Shown: piece after piece, positions 1-13,320 of the stretch
How positions within the stretch are numbered: position 1 is the stretch's first letter
How the letters are laid out: each line of letters begins with the position of its first letter
Assembly (NCBI RefSeq): GCF_009914755.1
Contig: NC_060933.1
Direction: 5' to 3' (one strand)
DNA: 64,000 bases
DNA from: the human T2T-CHM13v2.0 reference genome, Homo sapiens
Made by a program: the position numbers and the translations under genes
Notes under the pieces: generated by a model
The model's input: only the letters and a program-made list of their open reading frames with translations
What the model was told of the DNA's origin: nothing
Database searches by the model: none

Positions 1-846
1 AGAAGCCTAGAGAAGGTCATTTTTCTTTAAAAAAAAAAAATAAATAAAAATAAATAAAAGCCAGAGATAGGCAAGAGTTGCGGCTTCTGGAATTTTAATT
101 ACCAGTCTATTATAAATATGTCATCTTGGCCTATAATGAGTTATCACAATCATTAACTATTGTTGCAGTTATTGGTTGTAAAATAAAATGCAAAGTCTCA
201 GCTATTTAATGTATGATTAATACAATTCATTTTATTGGGCTCTTACACTGTGTTTGTGGGTTTCTTTCTCTTTCTCTTTTTCGTTTTTTTTTCCCACTCT
301 GTCTCTTTCCTTGGGCATTTTATGTGAACCACAAAATTACAGGTCTGTGTCTTATTGTACTTTATGGTTCAGTAAATTAGGCCAGGGTGATAACCTGAGG
401 GAATATTAATAATACTTGTTTTAACAAGCCTACATTTATACCATTGTCAGGAGTTAATTGCTCAGTTATACCCCTGGTGCTCAGGATTACTGAGTACTAA
501 AGGATAGTGGTGGGAAGGAAAGTGTTCCACTTTGGCAAAATCTACTTCCCTAAGATTTGTGTTTCTGGCAGCAAGGAGATGATTACCCTGAAATACGTGA
601 CCATTTATTGAACCAAAAATAGAAGGTGTTTTATATAGGCACTAAGTAATACTTCTAAGGTCTGAAGTCCTATGGAGCACATACAGAAAATGTTTGCAAG
701 TTTATAAAGTGTCTGACTCTGGATATCTAGTAACCTGGAAAACACTACTATTTTATTATAAAACTGTACACCAGGGGTTCTTTGTCAGAACAGCTCCCGC
801 CAGATGACAGGATTTATCTCCTAGAAGATGTTCTTTTGTTCTTTGT

Positions 847-1181
<335 letters not shown>

Positions 1182-1725
1182 TCATTTTGATCTTCTCTAT
1201 GCTTTCCTGGAGGCTGAAATGCATCTACCTGATATTGGACTCAGTTTCCTGAGACCAAGACTATGTGTTAGGGTCAGAAAGGTGAATAGCTACAAAAATA
1301 GATGATGAGAGAGATTATTATTAGATAGTATAACCCTCTGGAACTTCTAGGATAGTCACATACTCACTTGTCCCGTTTAAAAGTGTAATTAGGCATTTTC
1401 CAATTGGTTTGCTACTACTTTCTTATTCAATCATTATGTTGTATGTAAGAAGAGACCAAAGCTTTAATGACTTTATTTATTTTCCTTATCTGAAATAATT
1501 AAACCTATCTTTCAGGGAATTATGCTAACTTTTTGAAGTAGCATATGTGAAAGTCCTAGCATGTCATCCTTAAGAATATGCCATCTACATGGAATATGTG
1601 CTAATATGATTCCTTGTACCCTGCACCCCTAAACTATTAATATATCAATGACTTTTCCCCCTAAGTTTTAGTGGAACTTCCACATCTTCAGGTGAGACCT
1701 CTAGACAGTAACCACCAAATGATTG

Positions 1726-2544
1726 TGAGAGGTGAAGCCAGCTGGACTTCCTGGGTCAAGTGGGGAGTTGGAGAACTTTTCTGTCTGGCTAGAGGATTAT
1801 AAATGCACCAATCAGCACTCTGGAAAAATGCACCAATCAGCACTCTGTGTCTAGCTAAAGGATTGTAAAGGCACCATTCAGTACTCTGTAAAAATGCACG
1901 AATCAGCACTCTGTGTCTAGCTAAAGGATTGTAAATGCACCAATCACCACTCTGTAAAAACGCACCAATCAGCGCTCTGTGTCTAGCTAAAATAAACGCA
2001 CCAATCAGCACTCTGTAAAATGGACCAATCAGCGCTCTGTAAAATGGACCAATCAGCAGGACGTGGACGGGGCCAAATAAGGGAATAAAAGCTGGCCACG
2101 CAAGCTAGCAGCGGCAATCCTCTCGGGTAGCCTTCCGCTCTGTGGAAGCTTTGTTCTTTTGCTGTTCATGATAAATCTTGCTGCTGCTCACTCTTTGGGT
2201 CCGCACTACCTTTATGAGCTGTAACACTCAACACGAGGGTCTGCGGCTTCATTCCTGAAGTCTGCGAGACCAGGAACCCACCGGGAGGAACAAACAACTC
2301 TGGACACACCACCTTTAAGAGCTGTGACACTCACTTGCGAAAGTCTGCAACTTCACTCCTGAAGTCAGCAAGACCGTGAACCCACCAGAAGGAAGAAACT
2401 CGGGACACATCTGAATATCTGAAGGAGAAAACACTCCAGACACACCGTCCTTAAGAACTGTAACACTCACTGCGAGGGTCAGCGGCTTCATTCTTGAAGT
2501 CAGTGAGACCAAGAACCCACCGGAAGGAACCAATTCTGGAGACA
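1726..2544 (+). mobile_element. Solo LTR12-family (ERV9) LTR
   Basis: Begins TGAGAGGTGAAGCCAGCTGG and ends ...TTCTGGAGACA. Contains tandem GCACCAATCAGC repeats, an AATAAAA box near 2084 and three CTGTAACACTCA-type U5 repeats. Perfect 4-bp TSD ATTG at 1722-1725 and 2545-2548. Confidence 0.95.
1800..2095 (+). promoter_or_regulatory. LTR12 U3 enhancer/promoter: CCAAT (NF-Y) box array followed by the AATAAA TATA-like box
   Basis: Seven intact CCAATCA motifs and two single-base variants (CCATTCA, CGAATCA), then GGGAATAAAAGCTGG. This is the known ERV9 LTR promoter layout. Activity cannot be shown from sequence. Confidence 0.7.
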
Positions 2545-2779
2545 ATTGGAGCTTTGAAAACTATTTAACTAAATTATAGTGGGTTCAGTATAAAAGATTG
2601 TTTTCTTCCCTCCCTTCTCTTTTTTTTTTTCCTTATTCCTATCCTGCTATAGTATTTTCTGCCATGTTATGCATGTACATTTAAAAAATTACTCACCAAT
2701 CCAATAAAAAACATACTGCTGCCTTATTGTGCCTTGGAATGTGTGATAAATGGTATACGATCACCACCGCTATTGGAAG

Positions 2780-3165
2780 TGGTAGAGCAACAGGAGGTCA
2801 GAAGTTGTACTCAGACTGCTTCGAGTCTTACCCTAGCTTTACTATTTGCTGGCCATGTGGGAAAATTACCTGAAATATCTAAACATTAATTTAGAATGTG
2901 CAATGAAACATGTACAATGTAGAATGTTTTCACATAGAATGTCAAATGAAGATAATAGAAGCTCAGGCTGACGACCCAGATTTTGGGGTTCAAACCTTGA
3001 CTCTGCCATTTACTTGTTCTGTGAACTTGGGTAAGTGATGTAACCTCTCTGTGCCTCTATTTTGTTTTCTATAAAGTAGATTACTGTAAAAATTAAATGA
3101 ATTAAAACATGCCTTATGTTTAGAAAAGCATCTGGCACACATAAGTCCTCAATCAATGTTAGTGT
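2780..3165 (+). mobile_element. MIR SINE fragments (two adjacent)
   Basis: MIR core GGGTTCAAACCTTGACTCTGCCATTTACT...AACCTCTCTGTGCCTC and 3' end CTGGCACACATAAG...TCAATCAATGTTAG. A more degraded MIR-like 5' part lies at about 2780-2960. Confidence 0.75.
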
Positions 3166-3419
3166 TCTTGTTCTTTGTTGCTTTTATTACCTATCGTTTT
3201 ACATTACTTAGGGAAATACATGCAAATAATAAATACTTAGTCAATGTTAATTATTATGTGACAGGTCCTCCCCTTACATAATTGACACACATTTAAAGAA
3301 CAGGTCAGTATGGGATAAGTATTGTCTGCATGGTACATATGATAAGCACTTTGTGAGTTTAGTTGGAGGGACTATCATTTCACAGAAATGACAGCTAAAT
3401 GTAAAGACCTCAAAAGGCT

Positions 3420-3995
3420 AAGTAGTGGTAAAGATGTGGAGCTACTAGAACTCTGGTATAAATGTAAATATGGACAATTATTTTGTAAAAAGCATTCAAC
3501 AACAATATTCAGTACCTAATAAAGTTCAAACTTTGTCTTATGAGCTACTGACTTTACTCTTAGATACATACCCAGGAAAAATGAGTGCATTTTACAACAA
3601 AAGATTCATAACAGCTAAAAACTGGAAAAAAAATTAAAATCAGAATGATGAGTTAGGAAAATATGTGAAATATTCATATGAAATATTATAAAGTAATGAA
3701 AATGATACGTAAGTTCAACAATATGGGTGACTCTCACAAGCATAATGTTCAGTAAAGTAAGCCAGGTACAAAAAAGCACATACCATAAGGCTGTTTTTAT
3801 ATAATATTTTAAATACGCAAAATTCCGTGGTGACATGTCACAATAGTAATTGTCTTTGGCGAGGTAAGTAGCAACTTGGAAAGTGCATGAGAAGGGCTTC
3901 TGAGGTGCCAGTTATGATTTTAAAATTGCATTTACTTTGTGAAAATTGATTAACCACAATTTTATGTGTTCTTTTCTTTATAGGTTTTATTTCAA
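3420..3995 (+). mobile_element. Old L1M (L1ME-like) 3' fragment
   Basis: Degraded L1 3'-end motifs: GGTAAAGATGTGGAGC, TAGATACATACCCAGG, CATAATGTTCAGTAAAGTAAGCCAG, and a terminal TTCAATAAA. Confidence 0.7.
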
Positions 3996-4557
3996 TAAAC
4001 ACTTTGAAAAGGAATAAAATGATAAAATCATTGATTGTTTCAGATTTATCTAACAATACAATTTCGGAAATTATTCTAGGTTATTGGTTTTCAAAGGCTG
4101 AAACAAAGTCCAGTATCTGTACCTTGAACTACCTGGCTTTGACTACACCTAAAATAGTAACATATTTATTAAGTTCTTGAGGTTTATAAATGGAAGGTTT
4201 TTTTTTTTTTAAACCCAACTGAATAGTCTTTTAAAATATTATTTAAATGGTACAAAATTATAATAGCTGGAAATGATATTTTATCCTCTAGCATCATTAA
4301 AACTTCTTATGCCTTGCCTTTTTTGAGGTGGAGTACAGTAAAAAGTTCTTTAAAAAATAACACAAAATATAGCCATCAAAATTGACTTTTGATCCACTCT
4401 GAGCATATGTTAAACCTAGCAAAAAGCATGTAAACCAATTCTTACTTTAAAGAGAATATTGGTTATGAAGAGGAATCTTTTAGAAGGTTGAATAATTTGT
4501 CAGTGATTTGTTGGCTACTTACATACCTTGTAACAAATTCAAGAAATACATTGGGAT

Positions 4558-4633
4558 TCTAACCTAAAGCCTAACGATTTACTCCCTAAATGAATCTAAC
4601 CTAAATCCTAATCATTTACTCCCTAAATGAATC
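4558..4633. repeat. 37-bp tandem duplication
   Basis: TCTAACCTAAAGCCTAACGATTTACTCCCTAAATGAA occurs twice with 3 mismatches. Confidence 0.9.
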
Positions 4634-4688
4634 AGATATATTTTCATTAACTGGAATACTTACACAAATCATTGCTTTGCTTGGCAGG

Positions 4689-7600
4689 TGCACAATTTGA
4701 GTACCCCAGGAACCAAACTCTAAAACAGAGTTTAGCATATAGGATGTTTATTAAATAGTACTCTTGTAATCAATACCTGTGAAAGGAAGAAAGAAGTAGT
4801 CATCCGTAGAGAAACGTCAAGTTGTGATGTAGACTCATTGACAGCCATAGTTGTTACCATGAGAAGTTCTGGAGCTAGGATAACCCTCAGAATTGTTCTA
4901 AATTGGACTAATGATCTGATATTTATAATTTCTCATTTATTAATTTTGGATGCAGTCTACCCAGGGAAGAGGCATTTCCTTGGGCAAGGAGACTCTTTGC
5001 AGCTGAGATAGTCCCTTAAAGGGCTGACAGCTGAAGACCGACTATTGTCAGCACTCCCAGATTCTGGGGGAACAATTTCTTCATTGAAGGGATATTTGAC
5101 CAACATGTGGTCAAATGTGGTGATCCCCCACAGTCCATCTCTTGCCTGCTTAGATCCTTTTCTTCATAAAATTTCTGGAAGCTTCCCAGAGACTGTTTTA
5201 GACATCTATTCATGGAGAAAATTTATAAGCAAGTTTGTGGGAAGCAATAGGTACTATCACCACAGCTGCCCTGGGTGTAGGGGGACAAGTGATGCTCATG
5301 ATTTCTTTCACTATCCAGTCTATATTCCATTCACTCTCTACTACCATTTCTACTGGAGTCTAAGGGCTCTAAGTCCCTAGCCACCACACCTTTCTCAGGC
5401 TAAAGTTGTTGCTCTTGTCTATTTTCACAACTAGGCAAAGGAATACCAGAGGTACCCAAGTAGACCACCTGAGTGTCACATACATTCTTTCAATCTTCAC
5501 TGTGTAGCAGCAACCCCACCTCTTCCTAAGCATCATGGTCTATTGCCCCTGCCAAGATGATCCCTGCTATTCTTGCCTGCTGATCTAAAGTTCCCAGTTG
5601 GCAGTCACAGCTTACAATTCAATGTGACCTTTGCTGTGTCCTCTGGCAGAAGTGTCCTGCCTTTGGGAACCAAGACCTTTAAATTTACAAAGCCTAGAAT
5701 AGAAGGAATAGGAAAAATAAATTCCCAAGTGGGTTACTTGAAGTGATTTAAGTGAGCCTACTTGTTCTTTTTGTTCTTGGTTCCTAGACCCATGTATTCT
5801 TCCTACTGTGAAGGGGAGGCACAGTTATACATGTTACTGATTCAATGAGCATACCACAGCATGGATTGTGTTGCATCCTCATAAAGTATTGCCTCCAAGC
5901 GGGATTTCTAGTCTTCCAGTTAATGAGTGGTGTTGTATGTTAAATGATTAGTTCATCTCATGGTCAGAGGTTTGCCTTAGCACCTCCTTTGCTATAAACT
6001 AGGTTTCCTGGTTGGTCATTTTTTCATGTGGAATCCAGTACCTAGGATTCCCTAAGTCTTCAGACAGTCATACTGTTTGATGTCCTGCAAGCAAAAAAGA
6101 CAATAAGAAAAGACAAAGATGGTCTTCTTGAAGCAGGCTGCTCTAATGGCAACTCAGCATTGGCCTTTATTGATGACAGTTGGATATTTGTGTTTGCAGT
6201 AGCAAAATCAGCTAACACAAATAGCAAGATCAATTAAGTTACTTAGATTCCAAGAGATTGGACCCATGTAAAGCTTCCATCCTTACTTCCTTGGCCATTT
6301 CATGTAATCATAATGCCAGCTGGAGTAGCTGATGACAGAGACTAATATCAACTGGGCGAGTTTTTGTCTTCTTCATTGTTCAGTGCTTCTTCCGTGGTGG
6401 GTGCTCTCTAGTGAGTATTAGTGTGCAACAAAAAAACTTCGTCATACTTCATGCTCTCTTCCAGGTACCCATTCTAAATGCATCTACTACAGAAGTTCTT
6501 ATGCAGTATCTTCTCCTATCTTTCTTCAGGCTCCTAATCACTTAGCCAAGCCATTTGCTACTGTCCTTGAATTCACATATGCTCTGAACTTGAGTTAATT
6601 TTATTTTTTTACACAAAATATATGACTACATTCTGCCCCCTACCCCCACCACAAACCAAGAATCTGTACATTGCAAGGATTTTCTCTCACTATTCTTTCA
6701 ATGCCCTCATTGAGTGGGGCTATAATGCAGCTGCTATCTAATTTCACATTTTACCCATATGCTTAACTGACCCTTTTATGAACGAATCATGTGCTTTGTC
6801 TTCCACTATTTACTGAGTGTAAGGATCCTCTTTTTGGTAATGGGTGTGAGCTGGGGGAGAGGTGCGGTGGATGACATGGGTGGTTTGGTAATTTGCTTAT
6901 ACAGCTTGCATGGACCCTCTGATCTGCTTGAGCTTAGTTCTAGATGTAACACTTAGAACTCTCAATAAATTGTTGCAAGAATCTTCTGATCTTAGAGCTT
7001 AGTGAGTTTGACAGAACCCAGCTCATGACAGACAGGTGTGGCTCAGTTATCACTTGGTGCTCCATGGTCAGCTACTTCATCTATGGCAGGCCCAGTAGTA
7101 TGTCAACAGTTGTTGTTTAAAAGGCATGATTCTGATGGAATGCTCTTGCTCCAGACTACCAGCAATCTGTGTTGTGATTTTCTCATTGATACTTGCCATA
7201 GTCTCGAAATGGCATCTTTTCTCATCACTCATACCACTAATGTCATAAAGTCTCCCAGGTTTTTATGCCATGGTACTTGCAATGCACCATCCCATCATAT
7301 CTCTAGATGGTTTATGTTATGTCATAACTCTAATTATAGATTTTCTTGCCAAAAAGGGTAGTAGGAGCATGTGTTGTCTTGAGTAATGTCTGAATCATCT
7401 TCAAGCAAGAGGGGAATACTACCTTTTCATAGAGATGTTTCATCCACTTCTGCAAACTTGCAAGATCAAGGAGAATCTGGAGACTCTAAATATGCATGGA
7501 CGTCATCCCTGATGTCTCTAGCTTATTTGGTCCTTTGCCAAACAGGATCCTGACTTGTAAAAGATAGGGTAAGTAGATAGGATTGGACAGAGGGAGAAGT

Positions 7601-7905
7601 TGATCTGTGATACAATCCCAGTGAAAAACTAGGGCAATGCCATGGGATGCTCTAAAGCTAGACAGTTCTCTCGGAATTGTCTAAGTTACACTGAGATGAC
7701 CCGATTTTCACTGATGATTGATGCCATTACTTGTGGGCCACCCTAGGAAGAAGTGTAAACTTAAATAATGTGGCTGTGGCAGTCTGCAGGTGAGGCAATT
7801 CTGGAAGAGGCAAATGCAGAAATCTGTTTACCAAGCACTCTTATGGGATGGGCAATAAGTTTTCATTGAAGGCGTTGCTGGCAGGACATCAGAGAGTCTA
7901 CCAGA
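4689..7905 (-). mobile_element. Deleted ancient ERV-L (class III) provirus with LTR16-like LTRs (ERV3-16A3-like)
   Basis: LTR-like blocks at about 4689-5132 and 7520-7905 share anchors such as TTCATTGAAGG (5080, 7862). A PPT-like GGCAAGAGATGGAC abuts the TG start of the 3' LTR on the minus strand at 5132. Minus-strand translation gives ERV-L dUTPase-like LKVLVPKGRTLLPEDTAKVTLNCKL*LPTGNF and ILAGAIDHDA*EEVGLLLH (about 5495-5690), and RNase H-like YVNSRTVANGLA (about 6545-6580). Confidence 0.8.
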
Positions 7906-9122
7906 GTAATTATAAAGCATTCAGTCTAACTGTGAAGGTGGGGATATAAAAAGGAGTAAGCATTATATTCATTTGTTTATCTTTACTTTCATAAAAGGAT
8001 TCATACTCTACTAGAAGGCAAAGATATTACAAAAACATTAAAACACTGGTTTAACAAGGGGCAATGCGATAGAGTGAGGAAAACGCAGTAAATTACTTGA
8101 GCATGAAATTTAGCTCTGACTCTTAACAAAATACAGAATTACAAAGGTTTACATGGTTTTTGTTAGCTAATAAAAGGAATCCTGGGTTTTTCTTTTTCCT
8201 AGTAAAGTAACTCTTTCCTGTCTTTGAACTCTGAGAAGACATTATTGTGAGATTCATTATAAAATGCACTGAACAATATTCTAGATTGTAACTTCAAAAG
8301 TTTTGTAACAATGGCAAAATTGTTCTACCTATGATTCTTATTTTGCCAAGCACCTGAAGTGTAGACATTGTGTTTATCAAAAGAAGATTCACATGCTTTA
8401 AAAACAAAAATAACATAATCATATTCACGGTTGACATATTGTAAGACCATTTAAAGAGTTTGTATTGTACTTGTTGAAGAAGTAATTTGCAGAATGTAAG
8501 TTAGGATATTATTCTTCACCAAGATTAATCAAAAACATTTCCTTCAGCAATTACTTTCTGAGTCTTAAATTTCAGCACCATAAGAGATACTCACATGTGT
8601 GTTTGTATGTGTGAAAAAGGTACACCTCAGCATAGGGTTGTTAATTAATTTCTTTAAAGTTAACTTGATTCAATTTATTGTTGACTAAGTGCAATTCTAG
8701 GCTAAAAATGTGTGATTAGATAGGAAAGATGTCCTGTCTAAAAGATGTCCAAACAGACTATTTGTTTTCAAGAAGTTATAGTCTTGTAAGGAAAGTAAGA
8801 AAGACAAATATAAATGCTAATAGTTTCACAATAAAAAAGTACTTATGATGGTCAAATTAAAAAGAAAAGATAGTAACTGGGGATATTATTAAATATTTTA
8901 GGAAGAGGGAAACATCCAAAATAGGTCTTAAAATGTGCCTAGTATATAGCAAGCCTTCAATAAATATTACCATTATTACTGGTGAGTTTTTCCTTAATTG
9001 ATACCTATCTGAATACTAATGGAAAAGTTTATAACATTGGCTGAACACTGCGCTTTTGAAAACTTAATCACATTTTTTCCTTAAGGCAACATCAAATTGA
9101 TGAATTTTGTCTTCATTTTTTA

Positions 9123-9170
9123 GAAGGAAGGAAGGAGGGAAAGAAGGGAGGGAGGGAGGGAGGAAAGAAA
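9123..9170. repeat. GA-rich simple repeat (GGAA/GGGA)n
   Basis: GAAGGAAGGAAGGAGGGAAAGAAGGGAGGGAGGGAGGGAGGAAAGAAA. Confidence 0.9.
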
Positions 9171-9292
9171 ACAAATAAACGTCTCTGAAAGAGATGAAAG
9201 TAATTTTCCCGCGCCACACAAGTTAGTAGACTTAAGACCAGGGATCTAAATATAAGGTTGTCTGTCTACAGAGTCCAATCTCTTTTACCACA
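9170..9292 (-). mobile_element. MIR fragment
   Basis: Reverse MIR core: GAAAGAGATGAAAGTAATTTTCCC...CACACAAGTTAG...CTTTTACCAC. Confidence 0.6.
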
Positions 9293-10188
9293 GTCTTCTA
9301 TTACTTCTAGAAATTGTTATCAATTATGAACAATTATTCCAAATTATTTACTGTGAAAAGAGTAATTGTTTCGGAATACACAATATTGTTCTTGCAGAAG
9401 AGAATTGTAGGAAGAAGCCTCTCTCCCTTTGCTGCCTTTCAGTCAGCCTACTTTACTGAAGGCTTCAAAATGTTATTTTTTTTCACGTATTTAGAGACTG
9501 AAAAGAGTTATATTATGATTTCAATGATTTACTCAGACCACAAATAACCATATTATGAAAAGGGCCTAAAAGAAAAAGTTATATATCCATCTATAACCAC
9601 TGATTCAGGGCAGTTCTCTCACTTGCAATTGAATAATGATTGCTTCATCTCTACATGCTTTACATTATTTAGGATTTTAAATTACTAATATGTGAATTCC
9701 TTTTTATTTACTTAGATGGAATGAATGCCAAAATTTCTCTTCTGGAAACTTGTGTATCACTCAAGATAAGATATTGATTTTTGAACATTGTAGTACTTAA
9801 ATTTTTAGAGCTGTGGAATTTTAAAGGGCTTTTGCAAAATGAAAACAATGCAACCCTGAGAAGTAGGTCATAAAACAACAATAAACAATACCCCTACAAG
9901 ATGCTGCAGTTGTGGGATGAACTGGTAATAAGGAAACAATGGAGAAGGGACCAAGAAGGTAGAAAGAGAGACGAGGGTAGTGGTCAGTACATTAAAATGA
10001 AAATTAAACACCTGACTGAAAATTTGTATCTTGTGACATTTGTGCTTGCACATGCTCAACTTAAACTTATTTCTGAAGATTTATACATTTATATGAAGTT
10101 GATTGATGATATTTTATGCCCATGGGAGTTTGGAATCAAGCAATTCAATAACTGCATAATGCTCAGTATAACAAATATAATCCTGGCT

Positions 10189-10276
10189 ATGAAAGTCTTT
10201 TTTCTATGTTTTCTAAAATGAAAGTCTTTCAACGGCTTCTAAAATGAAAGTCTTTCTATGGCTTCTAAAATGAAAG
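10189..10276. repeat. 26-bp minisatellite, about 3.3 copies
   Basis: ATGAAAGTCTTTCTATGGCTTCTAAA units start at 10189, 10218, 10244 and 10270. Confidence 0.9.
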
Positions 10277-11118
10277 CACATTGCAAAGGAAATTCCATTC
10301 TAGCAAGTGAGATTCTGTTCTGATCTACTGATCCATAAATTATCACAGTGACAATTATGGACTCAAATAATGGTCTCAAAAGTCTTTCCTAGAACCTTAA
10401 TAGGTTTATTTAATCCCTCTAGAAAAAATGGAGATTTGGGAATTAAAAGCCAATAGATTAGCTGAAAATTCATAACTATTAAACGCCCAATGTATTCCAT
10501 GTTTGTGTTCTTTTTTCTTTTACCCAAATTCAATGTTTGCTAATAAAATAGTATGAGATTTTTACTTCAGTACAGAACCACTTACGCAATCTGGCCCTGT
10601 ACATTAGCTACTTCCTTCTCAACTCTGTATTTACTTTGCTTCTTATTATATTATATTATATTACTTACTTTGCATTAAAAAGCAGACATGGCCATCAACC
10701 ACTAATTCCTTTTCTTAGTATTGAGTTTACTAAGTGAAACCAATATGAAGTGAAGAAATGGCTTGACATGTAATTACTACAAATTACTATCAACTACTAA
10801 ACATTACTACGAATTACCTGACAAATGGACTAATGCTGTATTTGATAATAAGAATTTCAATGAGTAATTTTACTTTAATTTATTAATTAGACTGCCTTTT
10901 GGGTATAATTGTCTCCTCTTCAGGCAGTCTCAGCAGAAAGTTACATGGCCAAATGAATTCGGAGATTCAAATCCTGCCTCCTATTTGGAGGAATGTAAGT
11001 GAGAAAACGGAGACCATCCTATGGAGGTAGTAGATTTTTGGTTATTTTCTCCAAGAAAGTTGTTGTAATATTTCTTTTCTTAATCTTCCATGTCTTTAAC
11101 AAATCTATTATTTAATAA

Positions 11119-11424
11119 AGGCAATGGAGCATGGTAGAAAGAATTGGAAGTTTAAGAACCATGGTCCCAGTCATAATTCTTTCACTATAAAATATTGCAC
11201 CTACGAAAGTATAAGGCACTTTTCTCCTCTGTACTCATTTCTCCATTTGCAGAGAGAAGAGTGTATTATTAACTCTTTTTTATTACGACTAAAATTAACC
11301 CTACCCAAAATAATTCAAGCATAAAAAATGATTTATTTGCTCAGAAAACCAAGGTACAAGAATGGCCAAAACAAGCCAAATTCACCAGAATGCTCTCTCT
11401 CTATCTTTTTCTTTCTCTTGCTTT

Positions 11425-11466
<42 letters not shown>

Positions 11467-11790
11467 ACTCTCTATTTCTGGTTGCTTTTTCTTAGTCTAT
11501 GTTAACTTCATTCTCAGCAAGGAATTTACCATATGGTAACCTTTAAAATGCACAGGTTTTCTTACAACCAAAAATTCCAGCCTAAAAGTTTTCCCCAAAT
11601 CCCTGAGACTTAGGTTCTGTAGCCAGAGAGATGGAGTGTACTAATGAGTTAACACAGCATCACCTAACAAGACTAATTAAATAGTGGGCTGAGAGTAGGA
11701 AACTTGAAAGTCCCTTGGGAAAACAGAAGTCCTGCTATGAGATAAATGTGGAGTGAATGCTGGACACACAAAATAACAGATGTATATTGT
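11119..11790. mobile_element. MIR fragment (+, about 11119-11265) followed by a degraded MaLR/ERVL LTR-like fragment (-)
   Basis: MIR 5' end GGCAATGGAGCATGGTAGAAAGA, then the typical reverse old-LTR end AACCCTACCCAAAATAATTCAAGC...GATTTATTTGCTC. Confidence 0.5.
11427..11465. repeat. (GT)19 microsatellite
   Basis: Uninterrupted GT dinucleotide run. Confidence 0.97.
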
Positions 11791-13099
11791 AACAGGGCTG
11801 GAAGAGACTTCCATTCTTCCATTCACTCATTTGCTCTCTTAAAGAACTGTAATACAATATTGGTCAAGACTGACATGGTCTTTGTCTTCATGCAACATAC
11901 AATAAATGGAAGAGAGATATATTAAAATGAAAATCTATAAAGCTATGTAATTATATGTAACATCTCTTATTCTATGATGCTTAGCTTGGCACTCTTTTCA
12001 GCATCTAGTAAACTCATTTCTCACTTGCCTATAACATTATTTCTAATTTCTCACAGATCATTGGCCTTATGCTAATTTGTACTACTGTTTTCAGACTTTG
12101 GAGGGAGTCAGTTGCCTGTAGCCATCTTTCATCATACAAGATTAAGGAATACTTACAGAGAGTGAGTTCCATACCCAAAGCATTTAGTGTGGTACAATTT
12201 GGCACAAAGTGGGAGCCAAAAACAAATTGTTACTGTCTTGGTAACTACACAACTAAATTCTTTCTTTCTCAGAAATTGATATTGTCTATATTAGCTATTT
12301 CATGAAATTACTGACAGAGTTGGTTGATATTTTTCAGAATGGGTGAATAACACATTTTGCTTCTTTTGTTTTTCTAAGAAAGACTTGGAGTCTTAACATT
12401 AGAGATTCACCCAGTGTCTTTGATACATTGGTAGTTATTTTTGTCATTTTGTAATGTTTGTACTTTTGAGACTTTTCACGAAGGCAAATCTGTGTGTTTG
12501 GTGGGCAATTTGCTGCTAACCTTTCCTAACTAATATGACTGGATTATTGTCCTTCTTTTTTAATCAGTATAAATCGCCATGAAGAATATGTGAATTTCTA
12601 AAGGTAGACCGGAAAATATTTTTATAAAATAGCATCATCCTCTTGGTCAAAGTAGGATTATAGGGACAAACAATCATCTTGAAAAGTTACACAGTAGAAT
12701 TTGGGTACCAATGTTTCCAATTTTTGGTGAGACAGTGGGAGTTTAGAGAGGGATGAAACATCATGACAACTTGGCTGATACAGAACAATCTTCTAGTTGA
12801 TACTTGGCATATAAGAATTGGCACACCTATTTGGAACTGAGAGTTAATAGAAAAGTTTTTAAAATGCTTAAACTTTATGGAAATTCTTCAAAAAGGTATC
12901 TTTAAGCTAAGACCATCAGGGGTTCTTCCTGCATTAAGAGGATTCATAGTTGGCACACAGACAACTTTTTGAGAATGTGCAATAAAGACATCACATCTTT
13001 TGGTCAAACACATTTCAAAAGGCATTTCTCCTTGGTTAGATGCAACTCCTGCAAGTACATCAGTCCTACTTACTGCCTTGAACTGAGGCAATAAAATTT

Positions 13100-13320
13100 T
13101 GGCTTGTAGATTTTAGGTCTTGGTTTCAAAATTTAATTTTAGCAGAGAGATCTTGAGCTAGCTACTTCATTTCACAAACCTCACTTTTTCTAATCTGTAA
13201 AATGAGATAACTATACTTATTTTATAAATCGTGTACATTAAAGAGTAACGTAGGTAAATTGTCTGTCACATGGTCTGCCAACATCCAGACCAAGCACTCA
13301 ATGAATGAATACTAGCTCTG
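13100..13320 (+). mobile_element. MIR SINE
   Basis: Contains CCTCACTTTTTCTAATCTGTAAAATGAGATAA and AAGCACTCAATGAATG. Confidence 0.75.

Noticed and set aside
1800-2544. Regularly spaced repeats resembling a CRISPR-like array
   Set aside because: They are the standard U3 and U5 tandem repeats of LTR12, without unique spacers, in a eukaryotic context.
12150-12250. Possible minus-strand exon ending at a GTAAGT donor (TACTTAC near 12150)
   Set aside because: Weak acceptor, no recognisable peptide, and the motif is expected by chance.
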